NCBI GenBank assembly: GCA_012295275.1
Contig: CM022671.1
Coordinates: 30,132,001-30,196,000, forward strand
Direction of reading: 5' to 3'
DNA: 64,000 nt
DNA from: Chrysomallon squamiferum
Lineage: Eukaryota > Animalia > Mollusca
Shown here one piece after another: positions 13,915-27,400 of the stretch; within the stretch, counting starts at the first letter, position 1, and each line of letters starts with the position of its first letter. The notes under the pieces were generated by a model. The model had not been told where the DNA came from. It did no database searches and was given only the letters and a program-made list of their open reading frames with translations. Both the position numbers and the translations under genes were made by a program.

Positions 13915-16349
13915 TAAATAAATAAATAAATACTATTATCATATTATATTCACTGATTGCAACAATTTTATTTAAACATGTATTTATACATCATCCGTGT
14001 TCGCTTGAGTGTATTATATATGTACGGTGTGGTGGTGTCTTGTCAGTGTTTTTGTTGTGTATTACGAAAAGCAAAGACCACGATGCGTCTAACTTCTTTA
14101 ACAAATACGCGTGGTGACAGTGAATGCATGTAACACGAAAATCTGAACGAAAATTCTTTTATCCACTGAACCATCACGATCCGTCCAAGGACAGAAAATA
14201 ATTCTTCACCGGCAATTTTACGGCCCAAAAGTTTGATTGGGAATGATCTAACAGATACTGACATTCTTAAGTGAACTCGCTATTGTGTGGCCAATCTGTG
14301 GAACTTGCGTCTCAAACCTTTCGCCATTGTCGTCTTTATCCCATTCTAATGTGCCAGGCTGCGTGAACATGATACACGTTAACACCAGACAAGACAAATT
14401 ATTCTCGCCTTCATAAAACTTCCACTTAACACGTTCATTTCAGAGTCAACTACTCGCTTCGCGATTTGGATGTGTCAGCCAGCTATTGTAAGACTTTAAA
14501 AAAAGGGATATATCTTTCAATCTATTCCTCTAACCCGGCGTACACACACATTCAAAGTAATCTTGTTGCCAAAAGAAAAAGTGAAAAAAAAGAAGAAAAG
14601 AAGAACAAAAAATAAAGAAAGAAGAAGAAGAGAGAGAGGGTTAGAGAAAAAAGGGTACGTTTTATTAAAGACTGGTGAAAAATAAAGAAAAGAGAAGTTT
14701 TTATATACCTGAGCTATTTCACTGGCGTGTAATTCATAGCGCTTAGAGTGTAACAAACACCAGGCACTTGAAGTGTTTGGACGGTGCAGTGTAACTATAG
14801 TATCTACCTACAAGCGAATTTCGTTTCATGTCAATCTATATTACATGTCGAGTAGACGGGGGCCCTTTGATGTATATCTTATACATTACTCGATTTGCAC
14901 ATAATACTGTGAGAACAGGCGAGTTTGAATAACAGGAAACAAAAGCGTAATCAAGACAGAGTTTCTCACATGAACAATATTTCGTGTGTTCTGTTGTTGC
15001 CAGCGAATTAAAGAGACAGTGCGATCAAAAGTGGGTTTAATTAATGAGGAGACATTTTTGGATTACATGCGGTCGGGTGTTGTAATAGAGTTCATTGGTT
15101 TAAGTAAAAGGTAGTCTTGGGAAATGGGCGGGACGGAATGCCTTTTCTGATTACTTTGTGATCAGGGCTGTTTGGGGTTTTCCTTTTTTACTTGATATTA
15201 AAAATATATATTTGGGTAAAGATCAAAGAACGATCGAGGTAGAATGACTTAGTGATTAATAAAGAAAAACGAAAAAAACCCAAACAGGTGGACAGGATGA
15301 GAAGGGAAGGGAGAGTTACAAGAGGACATGGAATGAGAGAGAGAGAGAGAGAGAGAGAAAGAAAGAGAGTGCGAACAAGTAAATTAGAGAGAACGTGAGA
15401 AAGAGTGAAGGAATCAGGCACCTTGTAATAACACACACACGCACATGAACGAAATTTTCTATCAATATTTTAATAAATTAACATCCTAACCACATTTCGA
15501 CCATTTACTTTTATTAGTTGTAATTATTTTTTATAGACTGTTTCTGTTATGAGATGTTGATTTATGAGATAGAAGTCTACGTAGGCTTTATTTAGTGTAC
15601 GTAGACTATATATAGTATATATAATCATAATGTTATATTAGTCTGTGTCTATTATTACACGATTCTATGTCTGTATAATCAATTTTGTTTGTGCGGCATT
15701 TAAAATAATAAAACGTAATGATATATTTTACTTGAAAATGTGATAAATTACCTAAAAAAAAAAAAAAATAAAAAAAAAATAAAAATAAAAGAAACAATTA
15801 AAATATTAACCATAAATAAAACCTTTAAACTAACACATCAAACCTAACACATTATAAAAATGTCAGTAACTAAGGTACACAATTTCTTATATTTCGGGTT
15901 CAGAAATAAACAACAACAAGAAGAAAAAAAAAAACATTTTTATTATTCTCACCTTTTAGTGCATGCGACATATTCGTATTGAATAACGTTTCTGATTTTT
16001 AATTGTGTCATAAAACAGGATCCGAGTAGCCATAACCGGTCGATACCGGTGACAAAACGTCGGCAGCAGACGTATTTATGTCCACATCACAAAGCACGTA
16101 ATCTTCAACGTAGTAAAAACGTTGACAAACCGCTGATGCTTTCCAAATGTCTAATACCAGTAACGCCCTACAGCTTCTTAACAGACTTGATATGGAATAA
16201 TAAGAACAATTTCAGTGATCTAATCTAACGTTATGTTACTATCGATTTATTAATTTTTATTGATATCGTTTTCCTTTATATTAATTTTATCTTAATGCAG
16301 TATGTTCCGACCAAGCTATTATTATTGTTGTTCATTTCATTTCATATAT

Positions 16350-16466
<117 letters not shown>

Positions 16467-17411
16467 TTGACGAGCCAAATTTTCTTTGACGTATATTTCC
16501 CTTTTAGCTCCTTTCTTGATTCAGAAAACACTCCATATATAAAACGTGTTATCCGATATTTACAGCGGCATTTAATTTCGAAGGGTAAAATGTGAAAGAA
16601 AAGAAAAGAAAGAAAAACAAGAAAACACGTCTGGACAATAAAATAACTCAAAGCAACAAGGTATAATGTTGACAATATTGTTAGGCCTTTACTTAATGGA
16701 CTATTTTAAAGCTGCTAATGAAACGGTATAGTAATTTTTCTGTCTCTTGTCATTTATTATCTGGCTAAGCAGCTAGGCACCCACTGATGAGAAGTACCGC
16801 GACCAAGGGGGTCCCTATAAACCAACTGTCACCGTTCTCAAAGAGTTAATCGAAACTTACCCTGCCTCCGTTGACCTTTCCTTGTACTACTGTAAATAAT
16901 ATTCCGGTTATGTGCACACAAGAAAGCATTCGAAACGACACTTATGTGTTAACAACAGACACAGACGTGATTCATACTGACTGTCCAACTCCGGATCAAA
17001 AGGATTTTTTATTATGTTAACGATTCATTAGATGAAGTAGCTTTTGTCTCGTTACCCCTGGTTCTTTCCTGTGTCTTGAGGACGAGGCTTTGATACGAAA
17101 CCACCAAGACGGACCGATCGCGTTGGAAGTCGCTGGAGGAGAAAACGCGATTAGATTGTGCAGTTTATATATTAATTACCTATGGGAGAGTAAATAAAAA
17201 TCTTTTAGGGGGGTGTCAGTTATTAAGTTTACGACACAACAGTAGGTCACTTAGAATGTCGTTGGGAACATATCTCGCATTGAGAGAAGGTTTTTGTGAT
17301 GTGTACAAGAAAACGCTTCCCATGACCTTGACTGACCCTGTAAGTTTTTCCCGTTCCAGTACTGAATTATAAGTAGTTATATGTATGTAATAAACTGTGA
17401 GTGTTTAAGGT

Positions 17412-17414
<3 letters not shown>

Positions 17415-17494
<80 letters not shown>
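17415..17494. repeat. (GA)n microsatellite
   Basis: Read directly. Confidence 0.95.
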
Positions 17495-17497
<3 letters not shown>

Positions 17498-18856
17498 GAA
17501 CAGATTTTTAAATCAAAATTCTGTCCTTTCTTTACAAATTATAATAAAATAACAAATACGAGAATAAAACAAAATACTTGCATCACTAATCATTTGATCG
17601 TAATTCATTTCAGTTAATTTTATTAGGCATAATACTTGTCATTATTCTGACACTGACATTGATCCGAATTGCTCCAAAATGAGAAAATTTTGTAATCCTA
17701 CGATCCTGAAATTCACAATGGTATATTCTTCTGTACTTGCGAAAAATTCGTGCTTATGTGCGACATTTACCTGATAGGGACACTGTGGTATGAAAATAAA
17801 AATTTAGGAAGGTGAATTAAATGCTGGAAACGGAATGGACAGATTTACAAGTAACAATGTCTACAATAACAACAGCAAACAGACTTATGTTATTAAATAA
17901 AGCAATTTCTTAAGTTTCAAACTAAATATTGAACTATTAATGGTCGACTGTTAGAACTGAGTATGTAGAATATTACTTCTCTAACGTTTACTGTTGTTTG
18001 TTCCATGCTCTGTAGTTGCTAAATGCTTCGGACATAAGATATTCTATGTTGTGTATTACCAACCATTATTACAAATAATTTAATTTTGAGATAATAATTT
18101 TAATACATTGACTTATTTTTATAGCAGTACTGGCAGAGTTAGTTCCCTTGACACTGACGCCATTGTTATTTCTTCTTCTTCTGCTTTCATAAGGGAAAAT
18201 ATACGTTACTCTTTTATTCTTCATTCACATGACAATTTAAGATGAAAAAATAACGGATTTCAGTTTTTTAATCCCATATTATGCGTGTAAACCCTTAGAG
18301 TTAATTTTGCGATTTTCAAAGCAGTTCAAAAGCCATCTTTCCTTAATTAAATAGATTAACCAATCATTAAATTTTAGAAAGGAAGCAAAACAATGTGTGT
18401 ATATATTTTATGCCAATTTATCGAGACTAAAATAACCAACCCTGTCAAAGAATAAAGATGTTTTTGTAAAGTAAGACTTAGTAAATTTATGATCTGCAGG
18501 ATCGCATTTACAAAAAATGTCTTCGTTTCATAAACACGAAGTACCATAATGAGTTAATCATTAAAATAATGTGGAGTAATAAAGAAGAAAAATTCGTGGA
18601 GAGATTATATAAACCCATATTTAGACCTTTCTTAAATTAGAATTTCTATTTAAGTCTGTTAATGTACAGTACAATGATCGAATTTGATAAATAACGTATA
18701 TGTATCATTTGACTCAGAATAGCAGTTCAGTAAGATTACTTTTAAATCAAGTTAAAGCTTACATTAGCGCAATTTTGTATATTTTGTTTATTTATTCAAT
18801 GTATTTTCTTTATATTTAGTTCTATTCTTTAAAAAAAAAAAAAAAAAGGATAAATG

Positions 18857-18903
<47 letters not shown>

Positions 18904-21345
18904 AAAATGAAATATTTACTCCAGATTACAATGTAAATATTATTAATATTGTTTGGAACTAGTCATAATGTCTATCATTTGGGAACTTCATCAAAAACGA
19001 AAATGGACTACAGCATAAAAATGAAGGGCAATTACTTTTTGCTCAATGTTCAAAATAGCATTTTCTCATAAAATTTGTTTTCCTATATCCTTTCTGTTAA
19101 ATACTGCCATTTATTTTCTGAAAACAACTGTAAAACTTGTTTCTAAACCAGCTGAACTGTACAGGTTGACAAGTACAAATTTGCAGTATTCTTGTCATTT
19201 TTTTTTTCACACTGGTGAAAAGATATAATCTCGGTTATCTTGTCATATCTTTGCATATCTATGTATCAAACTGACAACCCATGCACATTTTTTTTTAACA
19301 ACACCAAAATATTTTAATATTAATAATTTTAGGTCATTCAAAACAATCCTATACTGATGGTCCCTCACCTAAAACAGTTTTTGTTTTTGCCTTTGTTTCA
19401 GATATTTTCCAAAATGAAATAATTATTTTCTGCTCTATACAGACAACATCTGTATATGTTTAAACACATACAATTTCACATACCTTTTAGTATATATCTA
19501 TGTTTTTAAATAATCTGAGAACAAACAAGGAATATTTTGAATACTTTAATACTGACATGACATACAGTAGGCCGACCAGTGCCTGACTTTGCTGCATCAC
19601 ATAGAAATCAATTACATATGTTAATCTATAATAATTCATTGTATTCTAACAGTACAATATTGATTACATGTATGCCAAAAGCTAACCATTAATGATACAT
19701 AACAAGAAAAAAAAAAAAAAAAATGAAAATAATGAAAAAAGAAATATGTTGACAAAATGAATTTCTTTGTTATACAATTTATTGTGTGTAAACATATGTA
19801 CATACATACGTACTTTTGTGGGGGGGGGGCTGGTTTGGGGTTGTTTTGAGTCTTTTTGAAAGTAAAATCTGTTTAAGCAAGCTTTCAGATGCAGACAACT
19901 GCATAACTGAATGTGCAGCTGCTGAACCAAATAACAAAACTTCAAGATAATTAGATTTCATATCAGTCTGTTAAGACTTCACTTTATTGTTTATTTATTA
20001 CTTTTGATTTATTGATTTATTTTATAATTTTTCAACCATCTATATATTTGCAAATAATAAAAATAGATAAAGGGAATTATTGTTATTTTTGACTTTTTGA
20101 TTTTCAAACCACTTATATTATCATAATGATAATGTTCCAAGAGCTGTTAAACTTATTTTACAAAAATAGATGTGATTGGCGTGCCTGGGGCTGAATGTAC
20201 TTTGTAATGAATAATCTGAAATGAAATCTATTTAAATAAAGTTATGATTACATAATTGGAAATACCAAATGAAAAAAAGAATCTCTAAAATGATTCATTT
20301 ATAAAATAACAAAAACATTTTAACAAAAAATCACCTTTGGTTTTGGCAGATGTGTTGCGAAATGACAAATAAACTATTAAAGAATGCGGGGATTGGGGGA
20401 GTTTACAGATGGCAGGGAAAAAAAAAAAGAATGATGTTATATAAATTACATACATAATTTTCAATAAAAATATGGATAATTAAATATTAATTTGCTAGTT
20501 TTCTGATTTCAAAATGATGGCAGTTTCTTGGGTTTTTTTTTTGTTTGCCGCCTTGCCATTTTTATGAAAAATTAAATACACATATAAATTCACAGCTGTG
20601 TGTGTGTGTGTATCCATCCACATATGCACACACACACACACACACACATACACACAGCAAATTACACAAGTAAAGTTTTAGAAAAAGGAAGAAAAGACAA
20701 CACAGCATGTCCTTCTTTGTTAGACCAGTACATAACAAATTATTAATCTGTCAGCCAATAATGATTTCTGGCTGCACAAGTGTTTATACCAGTTAATACT
20801 AAACTGACATTCCACTGCAAACATCACATCTGTATCAAATAATAGTCTTGGCAATTTGTGAAGGTAACACTGACTTCGATGAAATGGGTATACAATGAAA
20901 AACAGCTGAAACATGCCCAATCACTATGCTGATTTTTTTTATACGATCATAAAGTGCCATTTTTTATTTTGTTCTTACCGTATTATTTACATTTACATCA
21001 TCGTATATTTCATATGGTAAATCATTTTTGGCCCCGAAATTTAATATAGTTAACAAGTGGTATCAATATATACACCTAAAAAATGCAGTAACTTTGCACT
21101 ATCCTACTATATATAGTTGTTTTTATCTAATGTTATTATACAATGATACAACTGCAATGAAGTTTTGTATAATTTCTTTTTTTTCTTTTTCTTTCAGAAA
21201 TGATTTAAACTGAATGGTTTATTTCATCAACCCAAATAAAATTATATATTTGTTCAGGAAATATAAATTTTGTCAATCGAATTTTTGTATTTATTTCTCA
21301 TTATTACAAACACTTTTCAGAAATATCTTTTAATGATAATTATTT

Positions 21346-21397
<52 letters not shown>

Positions 21398-21812
21398 TTG
21401 TAAAACGTGTAGCTAGGTATCATTTGAATACTCTGAACACATTCTCGGCTACAGTGATTTAAAAATATTTTTGTTAAGAAAGAACATTAACAAGTTTATA
21501 TCTTACTACAGAATTCTCACAATTAATGTTAAGACAAAATGAAAATATCCTGTTAATATTATCTGAAATTCATCTTAAAGTAAATTAGTTTATCAATTTT
21601 TCCTCTTTTTTGTTTTGTATCTGTTTTTATTTGACTATAATAGCTGTATAGTTTAACATTAATTATAATAATCAGTAGTATAGAGCACATTTTTATTTCT
21701 GGCACAAAACAAAAATATATTTTTAAAATATCTGTACAAATGGTATACAAGACATCAATTGATTTTGAGTTTAAACTTGGATCTTATTCTTAGTCTACTG
21801 AATCTATCTCCT

Positions 21813-21884
21813 AAAATCCAAAAATTTCAATAATTTGAAACATTTTCAGACCCAAGAATATTGAATAAGGGATCCTCAACATTG
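21813..21884. mobile_element. Remnant end of a pogo/Tigger-like DNA transposon
   Basis: GAAACATTTTCAGACCCAAGAATATTGAATAAGGGATCCTCAAC resembles the Tigger4/Zombi/MER46-type terminus as I recall it (GAAACACTTCTGGTCCCAAGCATTTCGGATAAGGGATACTCAACCTG). I found no partner TIR, and the similarity is from memory. Confidence 0.4.
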
Positions 21885-24419
21885 TTTTTTTTTTTTTTTT
21901 AAATTTCAATACAAGGAAGTACAAGATAACAAATCTTTATAAATACATATTTATGATTTATGACAAAGACTACAGTATTCTTGTTGAATGTCTGAAAACA
22001 CTATGAATTGAAGCACAATTTTTTATCATTCACAAATAACAACAGATGCAGTTTAACAGTTAACATGAATAAATGTCATTAAAAAGATGAAAAATGAATA
22101 CTTTTAAAAAAGAAATGAAATATTTCAAACAATAAATAATAAAATGTGTTTCATAAATCTCCAGTTATGTCTGTTTTTTGGTTGTTTTTCTAATTCAAAA
22201 TATCCATGGTTTTTATTTTCAAAGCAAGTTTGGTTTACTTTACTGACAAAGTAGTTTACAAATTACCAGACTTCTGACAGTCAAATTTTAATTACAGGTT
22301 TTTCCCTCAATAACAATGCATGGTTATCTCATCAGATTTTTTTTTTTTATCATAAACAGTCATTAATGTAGTTAGTACAATCCATGAATAACATTATTTA
22401 TAACATCATATTTATTTATATATTATTTAACTTACAGGACATCTATAAAGCAAATGCAAAGAAAATGTTAAAAAATAAAATAAAAAATACTGAGAATTCT
22501 GTTTTTAATTAATTAAAATGTTTAAGTCTTTATTGTTAAAATTAATTATTTATTAATTGGTAAATATTTTCAGATCATTTCAAATACATTTCAGTTTCAG
22601 ATAACTTTCAGTCTAATATGTTTAATATTTGTAACGGTGCTGATTATATTAATGAGAAATCACATCTCCTTATGAACATTGTCAAACTTTATTATTAGCA
22701 AACATTGGCAACCAGTAAAAAATTAAAAATAAAAATTTAAAAAAGCCCAATTATTTGGAAATATATCAAAAGTATTTGGGTTATTTGTTCTCAACACCTC
22801 AGATGCATTTTAAGATCAATATTTTTATAATATTTATCTTTGACAATAATACATCATTTAAAAGAGAGTAACATACAAACAAAGAATATACACAGCACCG
22901 TCTATTTTCACTATACAACATTTATACACAAAATAATAACAAATAAAAATCTTTTTCAAAATCTGCTGCCAAGTTTTGTTTGATTCTCTGTCAAATAATA
23001 TATCAAAATTAATTTTCTCATTTCTAAATATTTTGTTACAAGCAAGAAGAGTCAAAACAATGATAGGAATAAAATAAAATAAAATTCAAACATTTTTCTT
23101 TATTACGTTTATTAACTTTTTTTTTTTTTTTTATTCTACTGCAAGTATTATAATGATCATTTCTTTTTTCTTTTTTTTTATTTCTTTATATTTTTTATAG
23201 TATTCAGTTTTTGATTATTTTAAAATCAAAATTAATTTAAATACATATTCAGTAATGAACTAATTACAAAATTTGGAGGGAGAAAAAAAAAAAAAAAAAA
23301 AATATATATGATGCAGTTTAATGACAAACTATTATTTACCACAATTAGAATCAAAATGATATGAATCAAAAGCTTAGAGCACAAATCTGATTAAGATATG
23401 AACTGTAATTCTGTTACTGTTGGCCATGTGTGCAAAGTAATGACAACAATGCTTTAAATAAAATGTAAATAAAGAAAACCTGATTTTCTCAAAAGTTGAA
23501 AAATGTAAATATGGTTATGCTCCATGCTTTTAGCATGATTACAATTCATAATATGAATAATCTGAATTGAGTTGTGGAATATAATCGTTCATTATCATGT
23601 ACTATTCATGTAATACGACGTATTTTCAGATCTTGGTAGTGTTTGAAAATGGTGAATATTTATATCTAAAAGAAAGATTTATGACTTATATAATATAGAA
23701 TGATTCATTTTTATTCAGTTGTAAGTTTTAGAAGAGATAACATGATTTTCCATGTAAGTAATTTGCCAACAAAATTCGTTTCATTATTTAATGTGATCAA
23801 ACATAAAAATGTTTTGTACACAATTACTATAAAGAATTATATCATGATTCACATATTAATAAAAGAAATTGAACAATGTAAAATTCAAACATTTTGTTGT
23901 TAAATGTACTAATTTTATGAATTATGATGATGAATTTTTTTTTTAAATTTATCTTTTATCTTTGTAATTTTCTAAAAAAATCTCTGAATAATGTTTTCCA
24001 TGATTACAGCTACAAATTAATAAAAATTAATCCAACAAACATTTATAATTGTCACTGTATTCTGTTTTGCCACAAATACCCCATCTTTTTTTTTTTATCA
24101 TTTCTTCACAGTAATACTACATCCGAAATATTTCAAAAAAAGTTCTACATTCAATTTTAAGAGCACCAATCTCCATTTACTAACAAACAATTAACAAAAG
24201 TATACAACAATCTATTTCTACATGGATATACGTCGCTATCCATAATCAATACTTTATCCGCAACCCACTACAACTTGGGGATAGACTAACATGACAGTTA
24301 TTACAGAAGGAGTCATTCTGCTTACAATATACAAATTTAGAAAAAAAAAGAAAATAATAATAATAGTAATTTCATTTTTTTTTGTTAAGTCTTGTTTTAA
24401 GATTTGTGCGATGAGGAGT

Positions 24420-27400
24420 TTATGTGCCGTCTCGAGTGTTTGGTGGTTTCACAACGATCTTGTTTCCTTGCAGTTCCGCTGAAATGCCGTACTCCTTCAG
24501 GAGGCTGACGTTGTTGGCGAGGCCTTCGATCTGCATCTCGTTGACGATGGCCTTGTTTTCGTCGTTGCCTTCAAGCAGGTTGCGAATTGCCAGAACCACC
24601 CACTGAGTTATGTCTGACAGGGAGTTAAGGATTTGACTTTCCAAGCAAATTATTTACTGATAAAATTAACTAAGTGAAATAATGATGTAGTATATAACAT
24701 TGTTAAAGGAAAATAATCGTCATGCCAAATTAATTATGGATTAAATAATTTATAAAATGAGATGAGCTTGTTGATTACTCAACAAATTTATTATGTCTTA
24801 AAAACTGCACAGAACAACTCTTCATTGTATCACAAAGAGCACATAAATGTGATACATTTTTAAAAATTATTCAACAAAACAACTCATCAGAGGAAAATAA
24901 TATTATTATTACGAAATACTGTAATTTGAAAAATAATATTTTCTTTTTCTTTTGATACTGTAAGCAGTTATAGTCTTTGATATTCTGTAAGATGTTTACC
25001 CAAGACATTGGTATTTCACAAGACCTATTTTTTTAAATGAAAATAACAAAATTGATATTTGTTAAAAATACTATAAGGATACATGGATTTCTGTCATCAA
25101 CACCGGAAAGATCAAGAAGCAATGGAATTCCATCCATTTCCCGAACCTGAAAAAAAGAAGAAGAATAAAAATGGAAGTTTTAAATGCAATTATCTACTAG
25201 GCCTATTTTATTTTAATTCCTAAAAGACTTTTGTGAAAAAATGAACAAGAGAGAGAGAGAGAAAGAGAATGAATTTTGTTGCTGGTTTTAGTAAAGTGGC
25301 TCAGTTCAAAAAGGCTGCTTTTGCCTGGACATTGTAAAAGTATATGAGATCAAACGTGCATTCATGTGTGTGTGTGTGTAGAGTAGAGAGAGAGAGAGAT
25401 AAGGAGAAAGAGAAAGAGAATCACAGAATAATGTCTTTAACTGAAACTTACTCGATCCTGGTTCACGGGATGGTGGTACACCATGTTGGCAATAAGGCGG
25501 ACGAGGTCGCGTTTTAAACAAAACGATGGATGAGTCGGGTCGACTTCCTTTGGTTTTTCAGCACCAACAAAGTGATTCTCACCTCCTTTGTTGATGTCGT
25601 GGATTCCATTTAACAGATCTGTCATAAAACAAAAAGGTTTTCCATGACAAAATTAAAGACACTTAAGGGTTTAAAAATAATAAATATTTTTTAAATCAAA
25701 GCCACAATAATAGTTACCTGCAAGAGTTTCTTTTTTTTTTTTTTTTTTTTTTATCTATATTATGTTATAAACATAACTATCTTAAGATAAAAAAAAAAAA
25801 AATAAAAAATTTAAAAATCAATATACTTATGCACACACATATATATTGTATTTAAATTATTTGTTCAAACACTTACCAAGAGCAGTCATTAACAAGTCTG
25901 TGTCTTCTTGCAGAGCTCCGTAGATGGTGTGGAGCGATGTGGCAACACCCAGAGCCTCAATGTGCTTCACAATTAGCCATGGAGTCTAAACACAGCAAAA
26001 ATAATAATTAAATAAACAAAAGCATGAAAATCAATTGAAGACCACCTCAACCCATTTTAAAATGATGAGTTTTCAGGTGCCAAACATGTGGGATTTTTCC
26101 TTTTACATTAACAATTTAACCACTTAACTATCAAGATGGGGAGTGGCATCTAACAAGAAAAAAACTATGATACAGTGGTACCCAGATATAAAATGATACA
26201 ACACTACCAAACGATTCTGTTTAATTCAGTGTTTTGAAACCAATAAAGCTCTCATTATGGACAAAAGACTAGTTAAACTGCTATATATACAAAAGTAAAT
26301 GATGCTATGATAAATGAATTTTGAAAACACTTGTCCATTAACTGTCTTTGTCCATTAACAGAGATCTGTTATATAAACAAACTGCAGAGCACTCAGTAGA
26401 ATGAAAGCAACAAAGATTGATACTGTAACCTATCAGGTTCTTCAATATTCACAAGAATAAACACAAAAAGAAAGTAAATATAATTTGTGTTTCACAAAAC
26501 TAAACAAACAAATAAATAAATAAAAAGTAAAAAAAAAACCAGTAAGTAAACAACTGCTTTGGGTTATCCTATTTCTTTGGATCATCAAACCAAAACGTTA
26601 GTCCTCTGCTAAATGAATAAATCTAAATCACTATAGTATGCACATCAACAAACAGCACAATTCACATAATTGACAAGAGCTTCCAAACATAACAATAAAC
26701 TTACCAAAGAATATTCACAGTTCATAACGACCACTCTTATAACTTGAAGACATTTTGACTGAATTTCCTCGGAAAGAAAACGAAGATTATCGATGCCAAC
26801 ATAACGCTCAGGCATTGCCGATGTGATTTCTTCTGGGGTGTCATCTACGGTCATCTTCGACTCTGCTACAGGCACTGAGGTCTCGTTATTTGAAACCTCA
26901 GCCACAATCTTCCTGTCGTGGGTCAGACAGTCGCTCATCTGTTTTAGCAGGTTGATCATAATTTCAACAACAAATATTCTGCATAAAGGCAAGAGAGAAA
27001 AATGTTTAAAACTCCAAACACACAACATCCTTGTAATTTTTTTAAATTTGTATTTGTTTGCCCATTTAAACACTAACACTGAATGAACTATGAATGAAAT
27101 CAGTTTTGTTTCACTTTTGGTTCATTATTTAGTGTCTGACAGTCACAGTTACAGGTACCCAACTATTTACACAGCTAACCTGGCACCAGAGATTACTTGC
27201 ATTTCTAGATTTTCCAGTTTTCTGGATCAAGGTCTAATATATTCTTAAAGTAAAGCATGAAATTATATTAACAGATTAAAATTTATAAACTTCTAAAGGC
27301 AGTTTTCTGAAAGCCAGATAAATAGTCCAGTATCTGTACTTGTGAGCATGTACTACAAAAAACTGAACACGAATAATTTACTAGCGAAATTACCATTTAT

